Below are positions 30,346-40,067 of a stretch of 64,000 nt of DNA, piece by piece; within the stretch, counting starts at the first letter, position 1, and each line of letters starts with the position of its first letter. A program made the position numbers and the translations under genes. The DNA is from a virus: positions 1-64,000 of the IMG/VR virus record IMGVR_UViG_3300008117_000049. The stretch is one strand, 5' to 3'. The notes beneath the pieces are model-generated. The model saw only the letters and a list, made by a program, of their open reading frames with translations. It did no database searches and was not told the DNA's origin.

Positions 30346-31551
30346 TTACAGTCTTACTGGAATTACGCTGATGTTCTCTCTTGGGTCATAATCTCCACCA
30401 AAAACCAATGTCAATAGTCCGGGCTTAGATTCTAAGCCAGCCCTATCTCTAAACCAATCTGAGCCTGGGTCAGTTGTTGGACATTGAATCCAAAGACGCT
30501 CTCCAATATCCATACTTCTAAAGTTATGGTAATGACCAGATACCCAAATGTCTGCCCCGCCTAATGCGGTTTGACCTGCTGATTGCTGAGATAAATATTT
30601 CAAGACATTGTTCTGAGTTGCTTGGTGTCCGTGAAAAATTCCAAGCAGTGTTCCATTGACGGCAACTGTCAAGGTTTGATGTCCAGAAGATGGAAAACGA
30701 AACTCTACATGAGATAGTGCTGGGTTCTCGGCACAAGCGTCTTGAACAGCGGAAGCAATTTCAACATTCCAGCCGTCTGCTGGGTCGGTAGCAACTTGGC
30801 GAGACACTTCATCGTGATTTCCATTTACTACTGGCACTATCAGCCTTTCACAATATGGGGCTAATGCTTTTATTTGTGCCATAAGTAATCTACGAGCAAC
30901 TCTTACTTGCTCTGTTAGACCTAAGTCGGATGCCGATACGCTTTGTAATCTTCCGCCTTGACTTGTATTACCTTCTACATGGTCGCCAGGCAAACCTAAA
31001 ACTATTGTTCCAAGGTTCAAACCTAACTTTTGTAATCCTTTAAATCTTTCAACTGACTGCTCTGTAAGATTTAGCAATCTATCTATTGACTCTTGAGTTC
31101 CGCCAGAGCCAGTTTTCTTACCAATCTGTTGGTCGCTAGGAAAAACTCCGTAAGCACCCTCGCCAGTAAAAGTTTTAATTCCACGGCGTGGTCGCCACTT
31201 TTTTACTTCATCAATTAATTTTTCTGCGTCTAGTCGGTCTGCTTGTTCAACGCCTACTGGAAGAAGATTTACTCTTACTGACTCAAGCCACTCTCCAGAA
31301 TAAACTTGCCAACGAGAACGACGCAGTGAAGAAACTGCCCAAGCATTTGGGTCTAAACCAAAATCTTCAAGAATTGATTTTGTATCTGGCAATTGTCCTG
31401 CTGGGCTTGGTTTGGAAACAATAAAACCACCCCTAGATTCATCAACATCTAAGCGTGGTCGCCATTCTTCTGGTGTCTGTTGTATGTATCTTCTATCAGA
31501 GCCAGTAGTTCCTGGGCTGGACATATTTTCAAGTCTGTCTGAAATGGTCAT
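30346..31551 (-). CDS. Calcineurin-like metallophosphoesterase
   Basis: SDQQ, GDHVEG, GNHDE, HGH and GHYH motifs. Confidence 0.8.
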   Translation of the reverse strand: MTISDRLENMSSPGTTGSDRRYIQQTPEEWRPRLDVDESRGGFIVSKPSPAGQLPDTKSILEDFGLDPNAWAVSSLRRSRWQVYSGEWLESVRVNLLPVGVEQADRLDAEKLIDEVKKWRPRRGIKTFTGEGAYGVFPSDQQIGKKTGSGGTQESIDRLLNLTEQSVERFKGLQKLGLNLGTIVLGLPGDHVEGNTSQGGRLQSVSASDLGLTEQVRVARRLLMAQIKALAPYCERLIVPVVNGNHDEVSRQVATDPADGWNVEIASAVQDACAENPALSHVEFRFPSSGHQTLTVAVNGTLLGIFHGHQATQNNVLKYLSQQSAGQTALGGADIWVSGHYHNFRSMDIGERLWIQCPTTDPGSDWFRDRAGLESKPGLLTLVFGGDYDPRENISVIPVRL

Positions 31552-31823
31552 TATTTACCTGCTACTAAATTGAAGCAACCGCAGTCTTTACGCCTATGTC
31601 TGTCAACGGTGCTTAGGCTTATGTCATATCCTTCTTCACGAAGTATTTTTGACAGGGCTACATTTGTAACTCTGCCGGGAACTCCCTCTGGAACATCAAA
31701 AGTTTCAGTGAGAGTTTTTTTATCTTTTTCTGACAACACATTTCCAGAAAGCAAAAGACCAATCTTACAAAGTTTGATATTTGATTCTTTAGATGCCGAC
31801 TGTAATTTGTCTGATAGCGACAT
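31551..31823 (-). CDS. Small HTH-like/Cys protein coupled to the phosphoesterase
   Basis: CKIG...LSKILREEG...RHRRKDCGC. Confidence 0.65.
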   Translation of the reverse strand: MSLSDKLQSASKESNIKLCKIGLLLSGNVLSEKDKKTLTETFDVPEGVPGRVTNVALSKILREEGYDISLSTVDRHRRKDCGCFNLVAGK

Positions 31824-31870
31824 TTATAATCCTTTGGTCAGGTGTCATTATTTATGATACTTGATAGCGG

Positions 31871-32212
31871 CTAAGAGCGAACCCCTAAATCGCTCTTTTT
31901 TGAACGGCGTGTCTTGGCTGGTTCTACGGGCTGTGCTGGGATAAGAAAGTCTTTTATTAGTGTAAGTTCCGTCGTTGTTTTTAGTGCGTGGGCTTCAATT
32001 GTGTTTACTCTGTCAGCCAGCGATGTTCCGCCATTTTCCCAGAGTTGATGTTCTACTCTGGACAATCTGTCTGAAACAGTTCTTCCGTTTTCATCAACTC
32101 CTATGGCATCTCCAATTCGTTTTGCAACTTTATAGATGGCTAATAAAGCCCCAAAAATAACACCGACGGCAGTTATAACAGCAGCAACTGTAAAAATAAG
32201 TTCTTGTGGCAT
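31871..32212 (-). CDS. Membrane protein
   Basis: N-terminal TM helix, then NGGTSLADRV coiled-coil motif. Confidence 0.65.
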   Translation of the reverse strand: MPQELIFTVAAVITAVGVIFGALLAIYKVAKRIGDAIGVDENGRTVSDRLSRVEHQLWENGGTSLADRVNTIEAHALKTTTELTLIKDFLIPAQPVEPAKTRRSKKSDLGVRS

Positions 32213-32398
32213 AGGTTAGAATATAACTCTCACTCGGTCTTCCATAGAAGATTTTTATAACAATAGTTTATCTAATAAACGGGTACTCTATTTTAAAAAA
32301 TTGGCGTTTCTAGGTGTATTTGTCTGGGTGAAGTGCTACTATTTTTTAGATAAGACAAGAGAAAGAGACGGTATTTTGGAAAGGATATTTAGAGACTG

Positions 32399-35032
32399 AT
32401 GTCCTCTGACCACAAAGATAGATTGAAAAAAGCCACCCTATGGTACGCAACTCAAGGGTGGAAATTGCTTCCTTGCTACGGAATAAATGATTCTGGTCGC
32501 TGTACCTGTAATGGACAGCACGACGAACCTAAAGATGTAGGTAAGCACCCAGCCATTGGCGACTGGAATACTCGCTCTACTGACGATAAATCAACCATTG
32601 AAACTTGGTGGAATAACTCTCCAGACAACAACATCGGTGTTGTGTGCCACAAATCAGGCTTTTTTGTAATTGATATTGACCCCCGCTCTGGTGGTATTGA
32701 TTCTTGGGAAAAGTTCCAAGAACTTATGGAATATGATTTGCCTCAAACCGTTGAAGCCTATACAGGTGCTTATTCATACAACGGTAAAAATTCTCGTGGT
32801 CGCCACATCTACTACCGTGTAGCCGATAACGAAAAACTTATTGGAAATCTGAAGTCTATGAATTTGCCAGGTATAGACATAAAACATAACGGGTATGTTT
32901 TACTTGCCCCATCGCGGCACTTTTCTGGAATTCAATATGAGTGGGTAGAGGGTAAAGCACCTTGGCAAATACCTATTGCCGAAGCCAACGAAAAAATGCT
33001 TTCAGTTTTACGCAAAGGTGGTCGTAGAAACTCTGGAACTTCTCTTGGCGTTAGCGATTGGGATTCTTTTGCTGGACTTGAGTACCGTGGCGAGTCCGTA
33101 GATATTGCTAAGTTTTTTGAAGAAGGTATTGACGAAGGCTCCCGTGCTGTTGATATCTACAAACTTGCCTGTGCTTTAGCAAACAAAATGGGAGTTGAAA
33201 CCGAATACAAGCGTATGGCTATTGAAACTCTAATGATTCGTTTCAACCACGAAAAAGTTAGACCGCCTATGGAACTTGAGGGACCTAACTCTCTACTTAT
33301 GCACACTCGTCGTGCTATAGAGTTTGTGGCTTCTAATCCAGTTACCGAACAAGTTTGGCCTGGGCTTCAGGATTGGGCTATTAAAAATCAAGCACAGAAT
33401 AGTGTTGGTTATCAAGGCACCCCAGAAAGACAGAGCACATCTGACCCAGACGATGTTGAATACCTAACTACTGACCTACACGGAACCGTTGGCGGTGCGA
33501 TTGATGAAGCAGCAAGAAACGGTATGTCAATTGCTCAAGCATTTGGCTCTGGCGACATTGATATTCCAAAAGACCCTGACGCAATTACGGAAGCCGAGGG
33601 TGGAACTCCTGGCAAGCGTTCTTTGTCTGATATTGGTAATGGTCGTAGGTTAGTGGATTCTTTTGGCTCTTCTATTCGCTATACGCCGGGAATTGGTTGG
33701 TTTATTTGGAACGGTCAGTATTGGAGAGCAGACGCAGAAAATCTTGGTATGCAAGAACTTGCTAAAAAACTTGCTCCAATTATTGCTTCTGAAGTTACTC
33801 AGTATGATGACCCAGATAAAAAGAACGATGTTGTGAAATGGGCAAATCAAGCAAAAGGAAATGGTCGCCTAAACGGTGCTATTGAAAGTTCTAACTCTGA
33901 CCCAAGAGTTGTTACTCAAGTTGAGCATTGGGATAGCGATAAAAACTTGCTTGGTGTTGCTAATGGAGTTGTAGATTTGAAAACTGGCGAACTGCTAAAG
34001 GGAAAGCCAGAACTACACATTACTAAACGAGCACCTGTCGGATACACTCAGGGGCTTCGCAATGTGCGTTGGGAAGAGTTCATCAACTACGCTACTGGTG
34101 GAGATAAAGAACTTCAGGATTGGTTACAGCGTGCTGCTGGCTACACTCTTACTGGCTTAAACAATCAAGATGTTATGTTTTTAGTTTATGGTCCGCCAGG
34201 TTCAGGTAAAAACACATTTGTTGAAGCATTAGTAAAAGCATTAGGAACACAGCAATACTCTTGGCCACTTGATTCAAGTATCTTGGCTCAGGGCGATGGT
34301 ATGTCTTCAAGCACTGACCTTTATCACTGGGCTGAGTTGCGTGGTCGCCGTATGGTTTGGGTTGATGAGTTGCCAGAATCAGAAAGACTAAAAGAGAACT
34401 CGGTAAAGAAACTTACTGGTTCATCTGAAATCTCTGCTCGTTCTCCTGGTGAAAAGCCTTTTACATTTGAGTCGATGGCTAAGTTGTGGGTAACTACTAA
34501 CCACAGACCGATAATTACAGATGAAGCAATGTGGAGAAGACTTAGACCAGTTCCTTGGTCAAATGTTCCTGAGTCGCCAGACCCAGAACTAAAAGCGTAT
34601 CTGTTTGACCCTGAAGGTGCTTTGCCAGCAGTATTGGCTTGGGCTGTTGAAGGTGCCGTAAAGTATTTGAACTCTAGTGCTAGAGACCCGCTTGGTTGGT
34701 GTTCTGCGGTTAGAGAGTCTGCTGAGATGTACCAAAAGAACGAAGACCGTATCGGTATGTTCCTTGAAGAAGTGGCAAAAGAGTCTGAGGGCACTATGCT
34801 TTCTGTAAAAATTCTTTACAGTGTCTATCGTGCTTGGTCGGAAGACCGTGGTGAAAGACCACTAACTCAAATCCGTTTTCAGCGTAAGTTGTCGGATAGA
34901 GGTCTTACTATAGACGGTCAAGGCTCTAAAGCGGTAGTAAAAGATATGATGCTTTTACCTAAGCCAGTAGAGCCACAGCCAGAAATCAACTGGGCTGAAG
35001 TAGAACTGAGAAGTAGAAATCACTTGTTCTAG
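32399..35032 (+). CDS. Bifunctional primase-polymerase / D5-like SF3 helicase
   Basis: KHP, VIDIDPR, GRHIYY (Prim-Pol); GPPGSGKN Walker A; TNHRP and WRRL (D5/P4 helicase). Confidence 0.92.
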   Translation: MSSDHKDRLKKATLWYATQGWKLLPCYGINDSGRCTCNGQHDEPKDVGKHPAIGDWNTRSTDDKSTIETWWNNSPDNNIGVVCHKSGFFVIDIDPRSGGIDSWEKFQELMEYDLPQTVEAYTGAYSYNGKNSRGRHIYYRVADNEKLIGNLKSMNLPGIDIKHNGYVLLAPSRHFSGIQYEWVEGKAPWQIPIAEANEKMLSVLRKGGRRNSGTSLGVSDWDSFAGLEYRGESVDIAKFFEEGIDEGSRAVDIYKLACALANKMGVETEYKRMAIETLMIRFNHEKVRPPMELEGPNSLLMHTRRAIEFVASNPVTEQVWPGLQDWAIKNQAQNSVGYQGTPERQSTSDPDDVEYLTTDLHGTVGGAIDEAARNGMSIAQAFGSGDIDIPKDPDAITEAEGGTPGKRSLSDIGNGRRLVDSFGSSIRYTPGIGWFIWNGQYWRADAENLGMQELAKKLAPIIASEVTQYDDPDKKNDVVKWANQAKGNGRLNGAIESSNSDPRVVTQVEHWDSDKNLLGVANGVVDLKTGELLKGKPELHITKRAPVGYTQGLRNVRWEEFINYATGGDKELQDWLQRAAGYTLTGLNNQDVMFLVYGPPGSGKNTFVEALVKALGTQQYSWPLDSSILAQGDGMSSSTDLYHWAELRGRRMVWVDELPESERLKENSVKKLTGSSEISARSPGEKPFTFESMAKLWVTTNHRPIITDEAMWRRLRPVPWSNVPESPDPELKAYLFDPEGALPAVLAWAVEGAVKYLNSSARDPLGWCSAVRESAEMYQKNEDRIGMFLEEVAKESEGTMLSVKILYSVYRAWSEDRGERPLTQIRFQRKLSDRGLTIDGQGSKAVVKDMMLLPKPVEPQPEINWAEVELRSRNHLF

Positions 35033-35079
35033 TGGTGTCTAACACATTAGATTCTATAAATATGTTGTAGGATAAACCC

Positions 35080-35132
35080 GTCGAGTTGCGGGAGAGTAAC
35101 AAGACTGGGTTGGGGTCGCAAGACCCCGCCCA
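35080..35132 (+). other. Structured 5' leader or small RNA with two hairpins
   Basis: -10 TAGGAT at 35068-73; GTTGC-GGGAGA-GTAAC hairpin; GGGGTC-GCAA-GACCCC GNRA hairpin. Confidence 0.5.
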
Positions 35133-35150
35133 CCTAAAAGAAAGATAAAT

Positions 35151-36002
35151 ATGAAAATCGTTATAGCGACACCAATGTATGGCGGTAACTCAAAGAGTGT
35201 GTATGTGTCTTGTCTGACACAACTTACTGGTGAATTGGCTAAGGCTGGGCACTCAGTAAATATTATGTCCATCACAAACGAAAGTTTGATTACTAGAGCA
35301 AGAAACACTCTTACTCATATGTTTTTGAAAAGCGATGCTGACGCTTTGCTTTTTATTGATGGAGACCACGGTTGGGTTTCTGAAGACATAGTAAAAATGG
35401 TTAACTCAGGTAAAGATTTGATTGGTGCTATCTACCCAATGAAATCAATAAATTGGGATAATGTTCGCAAGGCTGCTCTTGCTGGGAAACCAAATCTAGA
35501 ACTTTACTCTGGAAATTTTGCCGTGAACTTTTTACCAGAACAGCAGAACTTTAAGGCAGATGAACCTTTCAAAGTTCGTGATGTTGGTACTGGAATGATG
35601 TTTATTCGTAGAAATGTTTTGGAAGAAATTGCTAAATCAGATTTAGTAAAGAGATACCACAACAATTCTCCTAGCGTAGAAATACCTATGGGAGAAGAAA
35701 TAGTTGAATTCTTTACAACTTACATTACCCCTGAGCCAGAATCTATTTTGCTTTCTGAAGATTATGCTTTCTGCGACATCTGGCGTAAGTTGGGACACGA
35801 TGCTTGGGCTGCTCCTTGGGTAAGAATTACTCACGCTGGAGAATTTAATTTCCCAGGTTATTTCTTGAGTACTTTAGAAATTCAAGGTCAAGTAGAAGAT
35901 GACCCAGACAAAACTCCTAGTCAGCCTGTTCCTGCTGAATTGAGTCAAGAAGATTCTTTACAGTTGTTGGATACCATTGTCGCTGATTCTGAGTCGGAAT
36001 AG
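35151..36002 (+). CDS. GT-A-fold glycosyltransferase-like protein
   Basis: IATPMYG, SLITRARN, LFIDGD (DxD), GTGMM and LSEDYAFC motifs. Confidence 0.75.
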   Translation: MKIVIATPMYGGNSKSVYVSCLTQLTGELAKAGHSVNIMSITNESLITRARNTLTHMFLKSDADALLFIDGDHGWVSEDIVKMVNSGKDLIGAIYPMKSINWDNVRKAALAGKPNLELYSGNFAVNFLPEQQNFKADEPFKVRDVGTGMMFIRRNVLEEIAKSDLVKRYHNNSPSVEIPMGEEIVEFFTTYITPEPESILLSEDYAFCDIWRKLGHDAWAAPWVRITHAGEFNFPGYFLSTLEIQGQVEDDPDKTPSQPVPAELSQEDSLQLLDTIVADSESE

Positions 36003-36588
36003 AATCTTTATTTAGACCGTCAGCAATCTTTCTAAACGAATCCCCTTTAGAACGCTCAAAAACAATTCTGTCTTTGACTTCTTGAGGGGTTTTGTTCATC
36101 GGCCCCATGTCTTTACCCCAAACTATTCCCCTAGCCCTGCGGTCTTTGTGGACATCTTTCTGACGCTCAGAAATAATTCCACGCTCCATCTCAGCCAAGG
36201 CAGACATAATTGTGACAACAAAACGACCTTGATATGAAGAAGTGTCCAAATTTAGGTCAAGCATAACTAAACGCCAACCGTTGCTATTGGCTCGGTCAAT
36301 GATGCTCAAAAAGTCCTTTGTAGAGCGTGCTAGACGGTCTATGCGGGTGACAAATAAAGCGTGTGCTTCTTTGTTATCTAGTCTTTTTAAAGCCCCTGAA
36401 AGGGCTGGGCGACCCGAAATAGACTTACCTGAGCGACCCTCTTCTCTAACTAACTCAAACTGCGTGTAGCCAGCCAACTCTGCTGCTTGCCTAAGTTGTC
36501 GCTCTTGGACATCTAGGCTTACGCCATCACTAACTTGAAGTTGTGTAGATACACGAGCATAGAGCAAGGCTAGTTCATTATTGGTCAA
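35917..36588 (-). CDS. Serine recombinase (resolvase/invertase family)
   Basis: YARVST catalytic Ser, SGKSISGRP, RIDRLARS, AEMERGIISER. Confidence 0.9.
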   Translation of the reverse strand: MTNNELALLYARVSTQLQVSDGVSLDVQERQLRQAAELAGYTQFELVREEGRSGKSISGRPALSGALKRLDNKEAHALFVTRIDRLARSTKDFLSIIDRANSNGWRLVMLDLNLDTSSYQGRFVVTIMSALAEMERGIISERQKDVHKDRRARGIVWGKDMGPMNKTPQEVKDRIVFERSKGDSFRKIADGLNKDSIPTQNQRQWYPTTVKNLLDSIQQEQAD

Positions 36589-36919
36589 GGTTCTCCTGTT
36601 TGGCTTCTGCTAGTTGAGCCTTACGCTTTATCTTATACTCTTTAGCCAAATGCTCGTCTGTCTTGTTTTTAGAATGTACAGTTTTTACCTTATCCATTCC
36701 ACAACTGCGGAAGCAGTCTGAGCCAGTTAGAACATCTATCCACTCAACGCCCTTTTCAGTTTTTACATGCTTTACAAATCGGTGTCGGCCGGGCCAACCT
36801 TTTATTTTTAGTTCTGTGCCGGGTTTTACATAACGACCATTGATTTGTAGTTCCGTTGTGATTTCCCATTTATCATTTGGTCTTGGTCCAGACGGAACCG
36901 TTGCTTTTCTTTTTTTCAT
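36578..36919 (-). CDS. Hypothetical basic protein
   Basis: AGGAG RBS before ATG at 36919. Confidence 0.65.
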   Translation of the reverse strand: MKKRKATVPSGPRPNDKWEITTELQINGRYVKPGTELKIKGWPGRHRFVKHVKTEKGVEWIDVLTGSDCFRSCGMDKVKTVHSKNKTDEHLAKEYKIKRKAQLAEAKQENLDQ

Positions 36920-36957
36920 AGTTTTACTCCTATACCTATATGTATATAGTATCACTT

Positions 36958-38049
36958 TTATTTGTTTATGTCAATACCCAAATATTCGTGAGAATAACTC
37001 CAACGATTAGGGTCTATGCTCCAGCGTGATTTTCCATCTAGATTTTGTCCGTCTGTTCTACGCATATGATTTTTAGATGTTGGCTTCCATAGCGGTGAGT
37101 TATCACGATACCCACCCAGCCTTGGGTGGCTAGTTTTTGAGAAATATCTTTTTCCGTTGTCCAAATAATGTTGAGCAACCGCCTCAGAAAGTTTTGGTCC
37201 TAATCCAAAGCCTTGAAAGTCTGGGTGAATAACAAGTCTGTGCTCTCTGTAAGCATTTTGAACTGTTCCAGATGGATAAGCAATAGACGCTACAAAACCA
37301 ACTAGCGAGCCGTTCCAGAGTGCCAAGTAGCAGTGTGCTGATTTGTTGAGCGATTCGGAGAGATAGTGGTGCGAAGCGAAGTGGCTCCAAATTTCGTTTG
37401 AGCAAGCAAAGACTTCAAGAACCATTTCTGGTCGATGAAGATACCTTCCCGAAGCCCACTCGCCTCTGTCAGTGTCAATAATCCAATCTGGTTCTAAATA
37501 CTCAAGGATATCTCTGTGGCAGGTTGCTAAAACTATATTTTGAATATTATTCTTTTTTACATATCGAGACATTGCTGTTGAAGCAGCCTTAGCAACATTG
37601 CGGTCAATTACAGATGTAAATTCATCTATGCGGGCAAAGTCGTGAAGAGAGCGTGCTAGGTCTGCTCTAAACTGCTGACCGTTAGACAATACTGAATATG
37701 GTTTTACCCACTCTGGAACTGACATAAGACCAGCGGCAGAAAGTTTTTCTAGTGCCTCTACTGGCGTATCAAAATGAGATGCTATTGATTTATTGTTATC
37801 CCAAATTGGCTTAGATATTTCACTACCGAATTGAGATAAAAGTTTAGATTTACCTGTCCCAGATGCCCCAACAATTACTCCTATGCCCCAAGTTTTAGGT
37901 AAATCTGTTGGCAAAAGATACGGATAGAACTTTTCTTGACCATTAGATATATAATCAAACGGTTTTATAAGTTCCTGTGTAATTTCATCAAGATTTACGC
38001 TTGATGTGAGTGGCTCTTTTGAGCGTTCTAGTTTTATCCAATCGGTCAT
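36958..38049 (-). CDS. ABC-type ATPase fused to a GNAT acetyltransferase
   Basis: GASGTGKS, LSNGQQFR, ARIDEF, ATCH; RLVIHPDFQGFGLG acetyl-CoA motif. Confidence 0.8.
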   Translation of the reverse strand: MTDWIKLERSKEPLTSSVNLDEITQELIKPFDYISNGQEKFYPYLLPTDLPKTWGIGVIVGASGTGKSKLLSQFGSEISKPIWDNNKSIASHFDTPVEALEKLSAAGLMSVPEWVKPYSVLSNGQQFRADLARSLHDFARIDEFTSVIDRNVAKAASTAMSRYVKKNNIQNIVLATCHRDILEYLEPDWIIDTDRGEWASGRYLHRPEMVLEVFACSNEIWSHFASHHYLSESLNKSAHCYLALWNGSLVGFVASIAYPSGTVQNAYREHRLVIHPDFQGFGLGPKLSEAVAQHYLDNGKRYFSKTSHPRLGGYRDNSPLWKPTSKNHMRRTDGQNLDGKSRWSIDPNRWSYSHEYLGIDINK

Positions 38050-38090
38050 AAAAATAGCCTATCAGGTTTAGTGGGATAATTTAATTACAT

Positions 38091-38228
38091 ATGGAACAAC
38101 AAAATAAAGGTCAAGACCCAAATAAATGCAAGGTCTGCGGTAAATTTTTTGTAGTTAAAGTGCTGGCTCGCTGCTGTGAAGAGAAGCACAACGGGGTAGT
38201 TTTTGTTAGAAACAAAGACAAAATGTAA
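38091..38228 (+). CDS. 45-aa Zn-finger-like protein (not in ORF track)
   Basis: MEQQNKGQDPNKCKVCGKFFVVKVLARCCEEKH... Confidence 0.55.
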   Translation: MEQQNKGQDPNKCKVCGKFFVVKVLARCCEEKHNGVVFVRNKDKM

Positions 38229-38230
38229 AT

Positions 38231-38377
38231 TTAGTTAGATAAGGCTTGAACCTGAGCCTCTAATTCTTCTACTTTAGTAACTAAAAGCACTACTACTTCT
38301 GCCACGGTTTTTAAATCTTCTGGACTGACATATCCGTCTTGACCAAATTTTTCCAGCAATAATTTAATTTCTTCCAT
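38231..38377 (-). CDS. 48-aa coiled-coil protein after a tail fibre gene (not in ORF track)
   Basis: GGAG RBS; MEEIKLLLEK...KVEELEAQVQALSN. Confidence 0.55.
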   Translation of the reverse strand: MEEIKLLLEKFGQDGYVSPEDLKTVAEVVVLLVTKVEELEAQVQALSN

Positions 38378-38386
38378 AATTTACTC

Positions 38387-39811
38387 CTAAGCCCATCCGC
38401 CAGAAATAATTGCTGGTGCTGTTGAACCAATTTTAGTAATTTGTTGATAAGAGTTGGCAAGCATGGTAGCCGTAGAACCTCCACCAGTAGAGATTTGATA
38501 TTTAAATTCTACGGTTCCACCAGTTGTGGCATTGCTCCGAAAATATCCCTCAACAAAAATAGTTGAGTTAGAAGTAGTTGACGACAGTGTTGGTGAAACG
38601 CTTGTAGCAGTTGTGGTTAAAACCCTACTAGAAAGAACTCCACCAGAAGTTCCAGAAATAAACATAGAGTTATAATAAATGCTGACTGGTGCGTTAGCAA
38701 AAGTTGGGACTAACTGAATAGCGGCAGGTACTGACGAAAAAGAAAAGTTAACTGAAAGATTTAATTTAAAGAAATAAGTTTTACCTGCTTCTAAAGTTAA
38801 AGTTCTAGCACCTGTTGGAAATATGGACTGCGGTGTGTTAGTTGTAGCAGCAGTTGCGTTTGCATTTGAATAAGCCCACGCTGGGGCAAAAATTGTACCT
38901 TTACCAGCCGATGTTCCAGTTGTTGTAAGTGTGTAAATATCTCCGTTGTAATCTAACAACCCAGAAGCGGCTGTAGTAGTTGAATTAGCAATTAATGGAG
39001 TAGTTAGAGTTGGGCTTGTAGAAAATACAAGATTTCCAGAGCCTGTTTCATCGGAAATTGTACCTGCTAATTGAGCAGAAGTTGTAGCAGCGTAGTAAGT
39101 GTTGCTAAGAGTCGGTTGTACCCAGAACGGGGCGTTTGTGCTTGAGTTAAAGGCAAGTGTCGAGTTGTTTGTCGCGGTTCTAGCCAAGAAAGTAGTGGTG
39201 TTTGCTGCTGATTGATAAGGCAATGAGCCAGCATCACCAGCACCTATGTTTACTGAGATGCTAGTAGTGGCTGCGTTTAGGTTTGCTACTTGAGTAGTAG
39301 ATGTAACTGTAAAAGGTGATGTACCAGTAGCAACATTTGAAGTGAATGTAGGTGCCGTTACTACTTGAGTAAAGGAACCACCGCTAAGAAACTGGAACGC
39401 TGAACCAGATTGTTTTGTAATGGCTGCGTCACCTAAAGTTATACTTCCTTGACCAGCGGTGTTAGAAAAAATTTGTCCAGTTGCTCTTAAATTTCCAGTA
39501 ACATTCAAACTTGTTCCAGTAGCCACACCTATATTTGGGGTAGTGAAAGTGGGGCTAGTTGAGAATACTAAATTGCCTGTTCCTGTTTCATCTGAAATAA
39601 GTCCAGCAAATGTAGCAGAAGTCATTGTGCCGTTTAGCAGTGACACATCGGTTGAATACTTTAGGGAAGTCCAAGCGGTTGACCCGTTTCCAATTTTGAA
39701 CTCTAGAGTGTCTGTCTCAAAACCAATTTCACCTGAAGCAAGCGTAGGATTTGCGGTAGTCCAGTTTGCTGCGGTGTCTCTACGGACTTGGACTTTAGTT
39801 GATACTGGCAT
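38387..39811 (-). CDS. Tail fibre protein with Mtd-like N-terminal domain
   Basis: VQVRRDTAANWTTANPTLASGEIGFETD...FKIGNG; DETG.GNLVFSTSP repeats. Confidence 0.75.
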   Translation of the reverse strand: MPVSTKVQVRRDTAANWTTANPTLASGEIGFETDTLEFKIGNGSTAWTSLKYSTDVSLLNGTMTSATFAGLISDETGTGNLVFSTSPTFTTPNIGVATGTSLNVTGNLRATGQIFSNTAGQGSITLGDAAITKQSGSAFQFLSGGSFTQVVTAPTFTSNVATGTSPFTVTSTTQVANLNAATTSISVNIGAGDAGSLPYQSAANTTTFLARTATNNSTLAFNSSTNAPFWVQPTLSNTYYAATTSAQLAGTISDETGSGNLVFSTSPTLTTPLIANSTTTAASGLLDYNGDIYTLTTTGTSAGKGTIFAPAWAYSNANATAATTNTPQSIFPTGARTLTLEAGKTYFFKLNLSVNFSFSSVPAAIQLVPTFANAPVSIYYNSMFISGTSGGVLSSRVLTTTATSVSPTLSSTTSNSTIFVEGYFRSNATTGGTVEFKYQISTGGGSTATMLANSYQQITKIGSTAPAIISGGWA

Positions 39812-39814
39812 TTA

Positions 39815-40048
39815 CTACCCCTTTACTGGTGGTAGTACGCTTAGTTCTTCTTGATAAGTCTGAATTACGGTCTCTATCTCTCTGATTGCCGTATCTGCTT
39901 CGGTAACTAATTCAGGCTTACCGTTTCTTTGGGCAGCAAGTCTATTTATTTTATGCTGATAACCTTCAGCAGCAAGTTGCTGAATACGCTTGGTAAGAAC
40001 TTCTCTACGCTCTTCAATTGGCAATAGAGCAGCAAAGTCAATTGTCAT
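39815..40048 (-). CDS. Small helical protein between fibre genes
   Basis: AAGGA RBS; coiled-coil character. Confidence 0.6.
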   Translation of the reverse strand: MTIDFAALLPIEERREVLTKRIQQLAAEGYQHKINRLAAQRNGKPELVTEADTAIREIETVIQTYQEELSVLPPVKG

Positions 40049-40067
40049 TATTTATTCCTTATTAGGC

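Noticed and set aside
35917-36002. 86-bp convergent overlap of the glycosyltransferase and recombinase 3' ends as antisense regulation
   Set aside because: The glycosyltransferase tail is low-complexity and acidic; a drifted stop codon explains it equally well
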